A stretch of DNA of 64,000 nt from Flaccisagitta enflata (lineage: Eukaryota): NCBI GenBank assembly GCA_965153355.1, contig OZ231126.1:29636001-29700000 (forward strand), in the 5' to 3' direction. Shown here one piece after another: positions 1 to 19,629 of this stretch. Made by a program: the position numbers and the translations under genes. The notes beneath the pieces are model-generated. The model made no database searches. It was not told the DNA's origin and was given only the letters and a program-made list of their open reading frames with translations. How positions within the stretch are numbered: position 1 is the first letter of the stretch; each line of letters opens with the position of its first letter.

Positions 1-186
1 ACTCTACAACCCGCTTTGTCCGTCGGTCGGTCTGTCCGTCTGTCGGTTGGTCCGTCACACTTTACTTTTTTTTATCATTTTATTTTTTTGACCTCACTGC
101 TCCTGCCCAAATGGTCTGGTGACCTCAATTATGGCCCCTGCCCACCCGCACGCGACTTTGGTAGCCGTGTATCCGGCCTTGTTTTT
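1..186 (+). mobile_element. HINE/DINE-like (Helentron-associated) non-autonomous element, family A, truncated at window edge
   Basis: GTCG/GTCC microsatellite, 3' CACGCGACT sub-terminal repeat, GCCGTGTATCCGGC hairpin, ends CTTGTT; same as the other family-A copies. Confidence 0.65.
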
Positions 187-187
187 T

Positions 188-1980
188 GTCCGCGACGGAA
201 TACCATTCCGACGCGGACTATAATTCGAGGCGGGTGGGTGTCGTCGTTGTCGTCGTCGTTGTCGTCGTCGTTGTTGTCGTCGTCGTCCACACTTTTAAAA
301 ATGGGCTAACTTTTGAACGCCTTGACCGATTTGCTTCATATTTGGAGGGAAGTTGTACTAGGGTAAGCCGCTTTACATCCTATGCGTATGTTATGATCCG
401 ACTCACCCAACCGGCCAAACCAGCCTACCAGCCTAAAAGTGAAAAACGTGCATAACTTCGGCATTCTTCAACCGATTTGGTTGAAACTTGGTATGTAGTT
501 TCTAAATGGAAGGACTCAACATATGTATTTGATCTGTACAGATTTTAGAATGTTAACCGGCCAAACCGGCCTGCCACCCAACCAGCCTACCAGCCTAAAA
601 GCGAAAAACGTGCACAACTTCGTCATTTTTCAACCAATTTGGTTGAAACTTGGTATGTAGTCTCTAAATGAAAGAACTCAACATATGTGTTTGAATTGTA
701 AAGGTTTTAGCGTGCTAACCGGCCAAACCAGCCTACCACCCAACTAGCCTACCAGCCTAAAAGTTAAAAACATGCATATCTTCGGCATTTTTCAACCGAT
801 TTGGTTGAAACTTGGTATGTAGTCTCTAAATGGAAGAACTCAACATATGTATTTGAATTGTATAGATTTTAGCATGCTCACCGGCCAAACCAGCCTACCA
901 CCCAACTAGCCTACCAGCCTAAAAGTGAAAAATGTGCATAACTTCGGCATTTTTCAACCGATTTGGTTGAAACTTGGTATGAAGTCTCTAAATGGAAGGA
1001 CTCAACATATGTATTTGAATTGTAAAGATTTTAGCATGCTAACCAGCCAAACCAGCCTACCACCCAACTAGCCTACCTGCCTAAAAGTGAAAAACGTGCA
1101 GAACTTCGGCATTTTTCGATCGATTTGGTTAAAACTGGGTATGTAGTCCCTAAATGGAAGGACTCAACATATGAATTTGATTTATAAAGATTTTAGCATG
1201 CTAACTGGCCTACCAGCCAGCCAGCTTACCACCCTTAAAGTGATAAATGTGCAAAACTTATGCCAATGCCGTTTGACAATGCTGTTTGACAATGACGTTT
1301 GACAATGCCGTTTGACAATGCCGTTTGACAATGACGTTTGACAATGCCATTTGACAATGCCATTTGACAATGCCATTTGACAATGCCGTTTGACAACGCC
1401 GTTTGACAACGCCGTTTGACAACGCCATTTGACAACGCCGTTTGACAACGCCGTTTGACAACGCCGTTTGACAACGCCGTTTGATAACGCCGTTTGACAA
1501 CGCCGTTTGACAACGCCGTTTTACAACGCCTTTTTACAACGCCGTTTGACAACGCCGTTTGACAACGCCGTTTGACAACGCCGTTTGACAACGCCGTTTG
1601 ACAACGACAACGCCAAGCTGTTGTAACGCCGCTTGACAACGCCGTATGACAACGCCGTATGACAACGCCGTATGACAACGCCGCATGACAACGCCGCATG
1701 ACAACGCCGCATGACAACGCCGCATGACAACGCCGCATGACAACGCCGCATGACAACGCCGTTTGACAACGCCGTTTGACAACGCCGTTTGACAACGCCG
1801 TTTGACAACGCCGTTTGACAACGCCGTTTGACAACGCCGTTTGACAACGCCGTTTGACAACGCCGTTTGACAACGCCGTTTGACAACGCCGTTTGACAAC
1901 GCCGTTTGACAACGCTGATTGACAACGCTGATTGACAACGCTGATTGACCCCAGTCGCGGACCCATACTCTTTCAAGATT
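188..1980 (+). mobile_element. Helentron/HINE-like element family C, copy 1, with 162-bp tandem repeats and a 13-bp minisatellite
   Basis: 5' hairpin GTCCGCGACGGAAT-ACC-ATTCCGACGCGGAC, (TCG)n, five ~162-bp units, (GCCGTTTGACAAC)n at ~1268-1947, 3' GTCGCGGAC then TCTT-TC-AAGA; T-run flanks; second copy at 59535-60870. Confidence 0.75.
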
Positions 1981-2572
1981 TTTTCTTTCTTTCTTTCCCT
2001 CTTTTTTTTCTCCTTCCTCCTCGCAATCTTCTGACAAATATCTTCCCCTTCCGAGAAGCGGCGCTTCCCACTTCTTCAAAATATAAACACCTGGTCATGT
2101 AGTGCTGAGAGTGCCTTGGAAGTCTGTGCCATACTCAAGCATCCGTTATCTTGCAAAAATGAGTTTGTTCAAACAACTATTTGAGCATGTGCAAACACAC
2201 CAATCTGAAAATATCTTATGTAATGCCTGAACAAGAACTTTTGCTGGCATTTCTTTTTTTGGACGAATACACGCGACTCAGTGTGTTGCTTTGTTGGTCT
2301 ATCGGTCCGTCCGTTTGTCGGTCCGTTGGTCGAACTCTTGCTTCCATTGGCGTTGAGTGATGGTGGGTAGTTCTTTGCTTCACCGACCGTGTCCAATGAC
2401 TAAACAGCCATTGCTCCACTCGAGAAACCAGCGTCTCTTTAGTTTAGGAAGCATGTCCGATCATTAATCCGTGAAGTTGTCCGTCGGTCCGTCGGTCCGT
2501 CCAACTAGCGATTCGACGATTCAAATTCTGAAAATGGGCATATCCGTTTCGCCCATCTTTTCGCGACCGGAA

Positions 2573-2681
<109 letters not shown>

Positions 2682-3138
2682 TTTCTCAAACCCTTTACCT
2701 TTCTTTGCCTTATTTACATACATGTTTGTTCGTTGATTATTGATATTATACCACCTTCCCCACCAAGGCAAGGTGAGTAAGCTTCTCTACGTGAGTCTAC
2801 CACATCAAAATGTGTCAGACTGCTGATAACGATATTTTTTTATGTAAATAATTTAAAAGGCTTTCATTGATCGGTACCGCAATCTTTGAGGGCGTTTGTC
2901 CCTTGAACTTACCTTTCTGTTCCTGATTTGTATTTGATTCTTTGGTAGATGTCTTAATATTCCTACACTTATCATTTCTTCCAATTCTTCCTAAAATTAA
3001 ACACTGAAATAAATGCGTCAAATATATTGACTATCTAAACTTGACTATAAAATTTCCTCCAAATGATAATTTCAAACTGTACGTGTAGACGAATCTGATT
3101 CTGAATAAAATATATCAGCTCACCATTTAAAGGCTTAA

Positions 3139-3985
3139 ATAAGGCCGGATACACGTTATACCCAGTCGTGCTCCTGCAGGAGAAAAGCTGGAAAAGGTCA
3201 CCAGAGCACTAGCAGGAGCAGAGGGCTCAAAAAGCTCAAAAACGTTGAAAGTAATAGCTCTAAAGTGTTAGATGGTCAGCACCCGTGTCTCAAAAGTAGG
3301 TTGTGCTTGAAGTTGAGAGAGGAGCAGGGCGCGGCTGGGTCGATGACCATGCTTTCACACATATGTGGAATTTTCTCCTCCTTCTCCTCCTCCTCCTCTA
3401 TCTGAAATTTGGGCCTTGAGGCTGGTATTTGGGTCTCGAGGCTGGGATTTAGGTCTCGAGCCTGGGATTTGAGCCTAGAGGCTGGGATTTGGGCCTGGAG
3501 GCTGGGATTTGGGCCTGAAGGCTGAGACTTGGGCTTCGAGGATGGGACTTGTGCCTCAAGGATAGGAATTGGGCCTCAAGGATAGGATTTGGGCCTTGAG
3601 GATAGGATCTGGGCCTTGGGGATAGGATTTGGGCCTCCAGGATGGAATTTGGGCCTCAAAAATAGGATTTGGGCTTAAAGGATAGGATATGGGCCTAGAG
3701 GATGGGATTTGGGCCTAGAGGATGGGATTTGGGCCTCAAAGCTGGGATCTGGGCCTCAAGCCTGGAATTTGGGCCTTAAGGCTGGAATTTGGGTCTCAAG
3801 GCTAGAATTTGAGTCGGGGGGGGAACAGACGGAAGAGGAGAAGGAGGAAAAATTCCCCATATGTGTGAAAGCATAGGTCATCGACCCTTCGGGGCCGCTG
3901 CCCAAAAAGGGGACCAACCGACCGACCGACCGACGCGACCGACATAGCGGGATGTAGTGTCCCGTAGCTTAGCACGCGCCTAAAA
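3139..3985 (-). mobile_element. Family-A HINE-like element interrupted by a family-E element (~3253-3907) with a 20-bp minisatellite
   Basis: AAGGCCGGATACACG at the left end, GACC repeats and CACGCGCCTAAAAA at the right end; the inner element has GATGACCTATGCTTTCACAC-like inverted repeats and (GCTGGGATTTGGGCCTCAAG)n. Confidence 0.65.
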
Positions 3986-4096
3986 ACGAAACCTTAATTT
4001 GTCTGAACAGTCGGTCCGTTTGTCAGTCAGACTTCCGTGCGCGCAGTCAGTGTTCATTTCCCATGTGATTTCGTCTAAATAATAGTAATACATAAA

Positions 4097-10127
<6,031 letters not shown>

Positions 10128-11067
10128 AAACAGAACATATGACTCGAGCATCATTTTGTGGAACTTTTTACAGTCTTTTACGTGCATGTTGTCAAGAATC
10201 AATATATAACCAACTATAACTAAATTACATTGTAAATAGTCATGGCGAGCGGTACCCGATAACCCAAAGCTAGCCAGGGGAAATGAAAATTTTGATATTG
10301 TCAAATATGTCTTACTTTTGTCTAAAGGTGCTTGTATACATTTAATAAGAATATTTACCTTGATTTTAGCCCAAATACTCATCATCGAGAGGCGCAAACG
10401 GCCCCGAATTCATCCCTGATCTACAAGAAATTTTTTGTCAGTAAATCTATTTCATTCAAAAAATCATAACTCCATCGTTTTTTGATGGAATTTTAAAAAA
10501 TTGGTGACCAAAATGTAGAGTTTTTTAAGGGGTATCTTATCCTTTTTTGCGCGACTAAATCGGCCCAGCCGTTCAAAAGTAATGGCCACTCAAAGTTGGG
10601 AAAAGGAGAAAAAAAATGACAACTTTAAAAATTTTATCTTTTTACCTTATAGTTTCGTCTTCAAAGCATTTTTTCATCTTTTTTCTACCTAGTCTGGTTC
10701 CAAGGGCTGTGCTGGGTGAGTGGGTCCTCATCTGGCAGCCTGGTCAGGTTTATTTGAGCAAAAAATGATCTTTGAGTGTTAAAAAAACAACCAAAATTGG
10801 CACTTTTGAAAAAAAAGCTTCTGGTTTTGATTCTTTTTTCCCTATGTATATATCCCCTTGCCAAACCTCATTGAAAGAAACAAAAATATGCACTGAATAA
10901 TTTTTGATGGCCTTACAGGTCCGTCACAGGCTACAAACTGGTCAAAAGAGATAAAGAAAATGACACGTATTTGTGAGCAAATTCAAATAAATTTGTACTT
11001 CACCCAGCTTTGATTTGTCTGACTGTGTCTGTCTGTCTGTCTGTTTGTCTGTCTTTGTCTCTCAATC

Positions 11068-11116
<49 letters not shown>

Positions 11117-11121
11117 GGAAG

Positions 11122-11977
<856 letters not shown>

Positions 11978-12119
11978 TTTTTAGGTTCGCCATAGCAACT
12001 CTATAACTCTAAGAGGCTCTCTCTGTTGGTCGCTTGGTCGGTTGGTTGGTCACGCTTGAGTTGAAAATCTCGAAAAGAGCAAAAATCACTGGAAATGATT
12101 AAGAAACATGCTAGGATGA

Positions 12120-12658
12120 TTTTTAGATGCGCCATAGCACCTCTATAAGAGGCTCTGTCCGTCCCTCTATCTTTCAGTCACGCTCAAATGAAAAATTGCT
12201 AAAAATGTTTGAAATCAATTTAAAACTCATTTCGTTTATCATTGATGATACTCGTCATTTCATTCACTAAAATAATCAGCTACGGTTAGGTCTGATAGAG
12301 CTGGGGATAGGTCGGACAGGTCTGGGGATAGGTCTGATAGAGCTGGGGATAGGTCTGATAGAGCTGGGGATAGGTCTGATAGAGCTGGGGATAGGTCTGA
12401 TAGAGCTGGTGATAGGTCTGATAGAGCTTGGGATAGGCGTTATAGCTTGGGATAGGTCTGATAGAGCTCGGGATAGGTCTGATAGCACTTGGGATAGGCC
12501 TGATAAAGCTCGGGATAGGCCTGATAGAGCTCGGGATTTGTCTGATAGAGCTAGGGATAGGTCTGATTGAGCTACGGATAGGTCTGATGGAACTAGGGAT
12601 AGATCAAAGAATTAATTACGCCCGGCGCACTGTCCTGGCCCGTGTATCCGGCTTGTTT
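12120..12658 (+). mobile_element. HINE-like element (family B type) with a 21-bp minisatellite
   Basis: TTTTAGATGCGCCATAGCACCTCTATAAG start, (GATAGGTCTGATAGAGCTGGG)n at ~12288-12600, ends GCCCGTGTATCCGGCTTGTT. Confidence 0.55.
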
Positions 12659-12780
12659 CCTTTTCATTCTATCATTTTCTTTCTTTCCTTCTTTTATCCC
12701 TTCTTTCTTTCCTTCTTTTATCCCTCCTTTCTTTCCTTTTTTCCCATCTTTTTTTCTATTCTTTCCTTTCTTTCTTCCCT

Positions 12781-13421
12781 TTTGGGCAGCGGCCCCGAAG
12801 GGGCCGATGACCTATGCTTTCACACATAGGGGAAATTTCTCCTTCTTCTTCTTCTCCTTCTTCTCCTCCGTCCCCCCCCCCTCGAGGCCCATATCCTAGT
12901 CTAAAGGCTAGAGGCCCTATTCCTAGATTGGAGGCCCAAAACCCAATCTGGAGGCCCAAATCCTACTCTGGAGGCCCTAATCCTAGTCTCAAGGCCCAAA
13001 TCCTAGCCTTGAGGCCTAAATCCTAGCCTCGAGGCCCAAATCCTAGCCTCAGGGCTCAAATCCCAGCCTCAAGGCTCAAATATCAGCCTGAAGGCTCAAA
13101 TCCCAGCTTCAAAGCTCAAATCCCAGCCTCAAGGCTCAAATCCCAGTCTCGAGGCTCAAATCCCAGCCTCGAGGCTCAAATCCCAGCCTTTTGGCTAAAA
13201 TACCAGCCATGAGGCTCAATTACCAGCCCCAAGGCTCAAATCCTAGCCTCGAGGCTCATATCCCAGCCTTCAGGCCCTAATTCCAGCCTTGAATTTCAAA
13301 TAAAACCAGCATAGGTCATCGGCCCCTTCGGGGCCGCTGCCCCTCTAACCACCTCACACACACAGACACTCACATAGGGGCAACGGGTACCGCTGACCAT
13401 CTAACGCTTTTGCGACTATTT
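12781..13421 (+). mobile_element. Family-E element with a 35-bp inverted repeat and 20-bp minisatellite
   Basis: GGGCAGCGGCCCCGAAGGGGCCGATGACCTATGCT at 12784 and its inverse at ~13308-13342; (CTCAAGGCTCAAATCCCAGC)n; conserved tail GGGTACCGCTGACCATCTAACGCTTTTGCGACTATT. Confidence 0.7.
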
Positions 13422-13467
13422 ACCTTTCTTTCTTCCTTTTTTCCTTTCTTTCTTCCCTATTTGCTTT

Positions 13468-13519
<52 letters not shown>

Positions 13520-13761
13520 TCCTTTCTTTCCTTTCTTTCCTTTCTTTCCTTTCTCTCCTTTCTTTCCTTTCTTTCCTTTCTTTCCTTTCATTTTTTTACT
13601 TTTTGGCTTTTTTTGACGCGTTTCCTCAGCCTGCCTGCTTTTTTCTTTTTTTCTTTCTTTCTTTCATTCTTTCATTCATTCTTTCATTCTTTCATTCATG
13701 CTTTCATTCTTTCTTTCTTTCTTTCTTTCCGTCTCTTTCTTCTAAAGATCTAAACTTTTAA

Positions 13762-14607
13762 TCAAGACAAAGTACAAATATTTCTTGAATGGTCAGGAGA
13801 TAGAAGCTGTCAAAGAGGAAAAAGATCTTGGTGTCTATATCGAAGACAGTCTAAAACCAACCAAGCAATGTGCGGCAGCGGCAAAAGCAGCAAACTTTGC
13901 ACTCGGTCAACTGCAGAGATCATTTCATTACAGGAAGAAGGCTCATCTAGTTCCTCTCTGCAAAACATTTGTAAGACCTCGCCTGGAGCACGCGGTCTCA
14001 GCATGGAGTCCCTGGCTAGAAGCGGATATTAAGTGCTTAGAAAAAATTCAAGAACGTCTCATAAAAATGCTGTCTGACGTTCGCGGAAGCACTTACGAAG
14101 AAAAATTAAAGGACGCAGGACTGACTTCGCTTAAAGAGAGGAGAGAAAGAGGAGACGCTATTCAAACCTTTAAAGTGCTGAAGGGATTCAGCAAAGTGGA
14201 ACGGGAAAAATGGTTTCAGACTGTTCCTGATGACGCCAGACCTACAAGAGCGACGGCAACGGTTGACGACGAGGGAAAATTGGTGAAGAAGGAATCGGTG
14301 CTGGTGGTCGAGAGAGCGCGACTCGAAATTCGGCGGAATTCATTTTCCATTCGGGCTGCTAAAGGATGGAATGAACTCCCGGAAAATGTCAAGAGCAGCA
14401 CATCCATAAATGGATTCAAATCGGCTTACGATCGATGGAAGGAAAAAAAAACTATGAATACGGACGATAAGACAACGAGCGTGGAGAATACTGATCCCGG
14501 AACTAATTGACCAAAATCGTCCTGTTAAAGATGCGCCAACGTCTCCGCAATGTCGGCAACGGCTGACCTAGGAGATCTACAACATCATATCATATCATAT
14601 CATATCA
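13762..14607 (+). mobile_element. 5'-truncated CR1/L2-clade LINE (ORF2 C-terminal region, 3' UTR and (CATAT)n tail)
   Basis: ORF 13785-14510: EKDLGVYI, L.KTFVRPRLEHAV.AWSP, LEKIQER, TYEEKLK..GL.SLKERRERGD.IQTFK, RRNSFSIRAAK.WNELP, INGFK..YD; ends in a short tandem-repeat tail typical of CR1/L2. Confidence 0.85.
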
Positions 14608-15769
14608 ATGGACCTCATTAAATCTGTTTTTGTCTGGTGGTTGCTACGAGTTACAGAGAAAAAAAAATCATGACCGGTTTCATGTTCTCCATGTAAAGAC
14701 GATTCGAATGATATGCTGCACTATATACTTACTATAAGTCTTCTATAAGAAAAGCTCAGAAAGGAAAAAAATCTTCTGCACATCTTTTGACACGATCGTA
14801 TTTGTGCGCCGCCAATATAAGCCACCACCGGGAGGATTTTTGTTCGATTAAATTTTTTTAACTTTTGCGGGGCTAGCCGCGCCGAGCCGCTAAACCGATT
14901 TGGACGCGGCCAACGGCGTTAGATCATAAATTTTACATAGTTTATCCTATAAAAACTTATAAATCATAACGGCATATTAAGAACCATTTCTGTTTGTTTG
15001 TAATTAATAATATTTCAATATTTTAGCATATGTTAAAGATGTAGTTCAAACATCGCTGTTTCACGCTGGTATTTGGCCTCCCCATGACCTACATTGATAT
15101 GTAATGACTGAAATCAGATTTTTTATTCATATATATGACATAGATCATTCATTTCGTGTTCTATACATGAGAATAATGTTAAAAATGAGCGATTTGTGAC
15201 AAAAATTTAATTTGCCTCAGTCGCGTTCACTTTCGCTCGCTACCACTGTACTTTGTTCTAATTCAATTTTGGTGTTACAAAAAAAAAACATTGTTACTAT
15301 TGCTTATGGCAATGCCAGGGGCGTTCCCCTTGGGATTGCAGACTGAGACCACATGACGGACTTTTACTATGTCAATGAGTTGGTAGGGTTTCACCGTTTG
15401 ACTCATTTTTTGTCTTCTTGATTCCTTTTCAGAAAAGTTTCCCTTTCCTTCCTTTCTTTACTTCACTTTCATTCCCTCTCCCTGTTTTTTTTTTTCTTTC
15501 TTTCCCCTCTTTTCTTCCTTTCTTCCTTATTTCTTTTGGAAAATTCAGTGTCCCGACAACTTTAGTGTCCCGACAGCAGGGACTTCAATTGAAGTCCCTG
15601 AAGTCCCTTCTCCTACGCCGCTGGAATGACCTGACTGTAAAAAACTCGATAACATAGACCATTATCAATGTTGCTTTCAAGGAAGTCTTTTGTTTTTCTT
15701 AGATTTCCTTGCCGGCATTTTCTGTCATCTAGGAAAGAAGGCTTTCAACATCTCCGAACAAAAAGCAAT

Positions 15770-15882
15770 TTAAAGTTTAAACCGTTTCCCGCGAAACTCG
15801 TGCGTGCCCGGCACGGCGTCCGAGAACTTCTGTTTGCGCGTGACGGACGTTTGCAACGGTCGACAACGGTATTAAGGTAATC
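15770..15882 (+). promoter_or_regulatory. Candidate cell-cycle promoter (E2F and MYB sites), possibly for ERCC6L
   Basis: CpG-rich patch with TTTCCCGCGAAA (15785-15796), TTTGCGCG, two CAACGGT (15854, 15864) and a donor-like AAG|GTAAT. Motif evidence only. Confidence 0.3.
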
Positions 15883-16160
15883 TAGATGACCATGGGAAAT
15901 TTTGATCAATCGGGATCGCAAGGATTCGCCGAGATTTTAGGAGAGGAAGTTCCGGATGCGACCCCGTTACAGTGCCGTCATTGGTGATGATTTTTATCGT
16001 TGTATGCAAAAAAAAATGCTGTTACTTTCTTATGCTGATGCAATCTCGTCTGTTACTGATTTTGTTTGCCATGCTCTCCCCTTTGTTTTCAGAAGAAAGA
16101 AGTTTTTTTTTCTGCAAAAAAGAAGAAAACAGGCATTTTAACAATAAACGGAGACTGATA

Positions 16161-16648
16161 CACTTATTTTTTTTTATAAGAACCAAGTTTATAAGAACGT
16201 TAGGCTTCAAATCGTCAAAAATTTAAGAACATGCTAAAACATTGGAAGGCTTCATTTCTTGAAAAAATTAAGATTGGGCTTGAAATCTTAAAAATCTAAG
16301 AACATTTTTTTTCTGTTTTTTTTTTAATCAATTGTTCTTTATAAATGGACAGACTCCATATCTTTTCTGTTCAGCAAATTATGTCTCACTTTATATAGCA
16401 TATATTTTTCTACTTTCATTGATCTTAATTCATTTAAAATGTTTAAATCTACTTTATTGTTTCATTGACATTTTCCTTCATTTTCTCCTTAATGACCAAC
16501 TTAAAACTAATTAAGAACGTTCTTAATTGAGGGCTAAAAAGTGCGTTTGAATTAAGAACAATTTAAGAACGTTCAAGCCTTGAAACTGCTGAAAATTTAA
16601 GAACATTGAAGGCTCAAAAAATGACGTTCTTATAAAAAAAAAAAAGTG
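16161..16648. mobile_element. MITE with TA target-site duplication (Tc1/mariner-like)
   Basis: TA|CACTTATTTTT..ATAAGAAC ... GTTCTTATAAAA..AAGTG|TA; related partial copy at ~24567-24714. Confidence 0.7.
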
Positions 16649-17510
16649 TATTGCAAAAGAAAAAGGCGAGCCATCAAAATAAATCTTTTAAACTTCTAAA
16701 ACTGACAAACATCTCGCTTTTTCTGTCGTAAGTCTTTAGCTATTTCTAGCCCCATTTTTGAGGTTAAATCCTTTTCCTTTTTAACGTATACTTTGTCTCA
16801 GAAGTGTAGAAAATGTCTCGGCATTAATTTGCGCAAATATTTAATCTTTCCAAAGGCTAGGGAAGAATAGTTTTTAATGACATAAAGTTTGAGTGTTTTA
16901 ACTGGGTACCACTTCTTTGTTACTTTCCAAGAATGTACAACTGTTTTTCTCTGATGAAATAAAATTCAAAATTTATCACAGAGACAATTAAGGGAGGGGG
17001 GGGAGAGAATTACGATCCTAAGACATGGGGAGGCGGCAGCGCAGGCGCTCTGGCCGCTATATGTCTAGCGTTGGCACGTTGTAAGAGAACGGAAAGTCTT
17101 TGGAAGAAGTTGTTAACTTTAATCATTGCATCGGGAAAATATTGCCATAGACATGGGGGCAGACATACGAAAATGTGTAAGTTCCGACCTTTTTTCTCTC
17201 AACAGCCAAAAATTTACATCCCAATCCAGGATTTAAGTTATCTACCATGCATGTCCTGTAGGTTGGTTATTATGCCCTGTAAATGTCCGACTTCTTAGCA
17301 CATGGAAGGAAATGTTATACTTAGTGTATAAACACGGTGTGTGCTTTCAAAATGCCCTAGGACTACAGCAACGTTTACCGAATTGAAATCTTGCAAGGGG
17401 TGTGGTAACAAGATTTTGAACAATTTTCACTTTCAGTTCTTTTTTCAACCGTCAAGGAGAGCGGCACAATAATATGATCATCTGCGTTTATTATAGTCAT
17501 AACAATGTCG

Positions 17511-17550
<40 letters not shown>

Positions 17551-17645
17551 AGTCTGTCTGTCTGCCGGAGGATACACTGCGTGTAAGGAAACTGATCTTT
17601 ATTTCACGCAAGTCAACAGCAATAAGATAAAAGAAAAAAATTGCA

Positions 17646-17656
17646 TCAACAACAAG

Positions 17657-17724
<68 letters not shown>
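17646..17724. repeat. (CAA)n microsatellite
   Basis: Directly visible. Confidence 0.95.
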
Positions 17725-17725
<1 letters not shown>

Positions 17726-17926
17726 TTCTCATAGCTAACCATAAATCATCAGTTACAAAAAAAAAAAGAAAAAAAATCATATTACCCGGGCGCATGTGCA
17801 CTCGGTGGTATAGTGATGCAGAAGCAAATATTATTGTTAGGCAAGGGTGGTGATATTTGATACAAACTCGCAATGCAAAAATGCAGAAATTGGAATTCCG
17901 GAAGAATAAAAGATCAGTTTCTTTAC

Positions 17927-18066
17927 CAAGGATACATCGGTCGATCATAATCTGTTATACCGAGCCTGCATCGCCTGCATCACTAGCGTCTGTCTGCGTG
18001 ATTTGGCAAAACAAACTTTAGGGAAAATTCATCATACAAGGTGGATCACATTTGCTACAAGAATCC
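17927..18066 (+). pseudogene. Degenerate hAT-like transposase fragment
   Basis: Translates KDTSVDHNLLYRACIACITSVCLRDLAKQTLGKIHHTRWITFATRI, resembling the S.DQ.YLY..C.A...G.C...LA...PG..SH.RW.T.A.R motif of hAT-related transposases (recognised from memory, not searched). Confidence 0.5.
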
Positions 18067-18280
18067 ACGCCACTTGTTGACAGGTGCATACGTCTGATCA
18101 CAGAAAACGGTACGCGAGCTGCTTCATCAACCCTACGTGATGGCCTTTGCCACTCAACAATTGGAAGCCGACAACGCTATCCAAGACGGGAAACAAAGGC
18201 TGATTTCTCAACTTAAAGATTATCGGATGATTCTTGAATTTAAATCTTTTATGATTTTGAATTAATTGTATTATATTGTG

Positions 18281-18905
18281 AATAGTCGCAAAAGCTTGAG
18301 ATGGTCAGCGGTACCCGTGCTCTGCCCAAGTATGTTGTGCTTGATGTTGAGGGAGGGAGCAGGGCAGCGGCCCCAAAGGGGTCGATGACCTATGCTTCAA
18401 CACAGATGGGGAATTTTCTCCTTCTGGCAATTGAGATTTTGGCCTAAGGGCTGGATTTGGGCCTCAAATCTGGGATTAGGGCCTCAAGGCTGGGATTCGG
18501 TCCTTGAGGCTGGGTTTTGGGCCTCAAGGCGGAGATTTAGGCCTAGAGGCGGGGATTTGGGCCTCAAGGCTGGGATTTGGGCCTCAAGGTTGGGATATGG
18601 GCCTCCAGGCTAGGATTTGGGCCTAGAGGTTGGGATTTGGGCCTCCAGGCTGGAATTTGGGCCTCGAGGTTGGAATTTGGGCCTCCAGACTGGTATTTGG
18701 GCCTCCAGGCTGGGATTTGGGCCTCCAAGCTGAGATTTGGGCCTACAGGTTAGAATTTGGGCTTGGAGGCTCTGATTTAAGCTTTGAGGCTAGAATTTTA
18801 GTTGGGGGGGGGGACGGACGGAGGAGAAGGAGAAGAAGGAGGAGAAAATTCTGCATATGTGTGAAAGCATAGGTCATCGACCCCTTCGGGGCCGCTGCCC
18901 AAAAA
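18281..18905 (-). mobile_element. Family-E element with 20-bp minisatellite
   Basis: Reverse complement of the 12781-13421 architecture. Confidence 0.7.
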
Positions 18906-18948
18906 GTGTGTGTGTTTGTTTGTTTGTTTGTTTGTTTGTTTGTTTGTT

Positions 18949-19005
<57 letters not shown>

Positions 19006-19431
19006 TTGTGTGTGTGTGTTTATGTGCTCGTGTGCGAGAGAACAAGGCCAAGTAGGCCAATAGGTGCGTTACAGACCAACCAACCAACCAACCAACAGAC
19101 AGCCAGTTATAAAGGTGCTTTGTCGCACCTAAAAAGAGCAAGAAATAAAATCCCTTTCTTTTGAACTAATCTGGAATTCATTTTAGGATATAATGTACAA
19201 AGAATGTGCATACATATTTGCAGGAAACAAAGGATGAATAATTAGAATAAACTGTGTACCATATCTGTTACGGGGTTGCCTTTAAATGAATGCTGTTGGA
19301 GCTATCATCGTTACAAAAGAAAAAATGCTTGAACCTGAAAATACGTACAACTAAAGAAAAGTGCTGCTCCTAAATGAATTAAGCAACGGCTACCAGATTG
19401 GTGCGTTTTAAAAAGTAGCTAAGATTCTTAT

Positions 19432-19629
19432 CAAGGCCGGATACACGGCTACCCCATTCGCGTGCGGGTGGGCAGGGGCCGTAATAGAGGTCACTTTCTC
19501 ATTTGGGCAAGAGCAGTGAGGCCAGAGACGGCAAAAACCCCAAGAAAGTAAAGTGTGACGGAATGACGGACGGACCAATGAACCAACAGACAAAGCGGGT
19601 TGTAGAGTCGCGTAGTACGCGACTAAAAA
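19432..19629 (-). mobile_element. Family-A HINE-like element
   Basis: CAAGGCCGGATACACGGC ... AGTCGCGTAGTACGCGACTAAAAA. Confidence 0.7.

Noticed and set aside
1182-2079. Long repetitive minus-strand ORFs ([13 protein letters not shown])n, also at 60364-60856
   Set aside because: Stop-free readings of a 13-bp minisatellite inside a transposon; open in all three frames.
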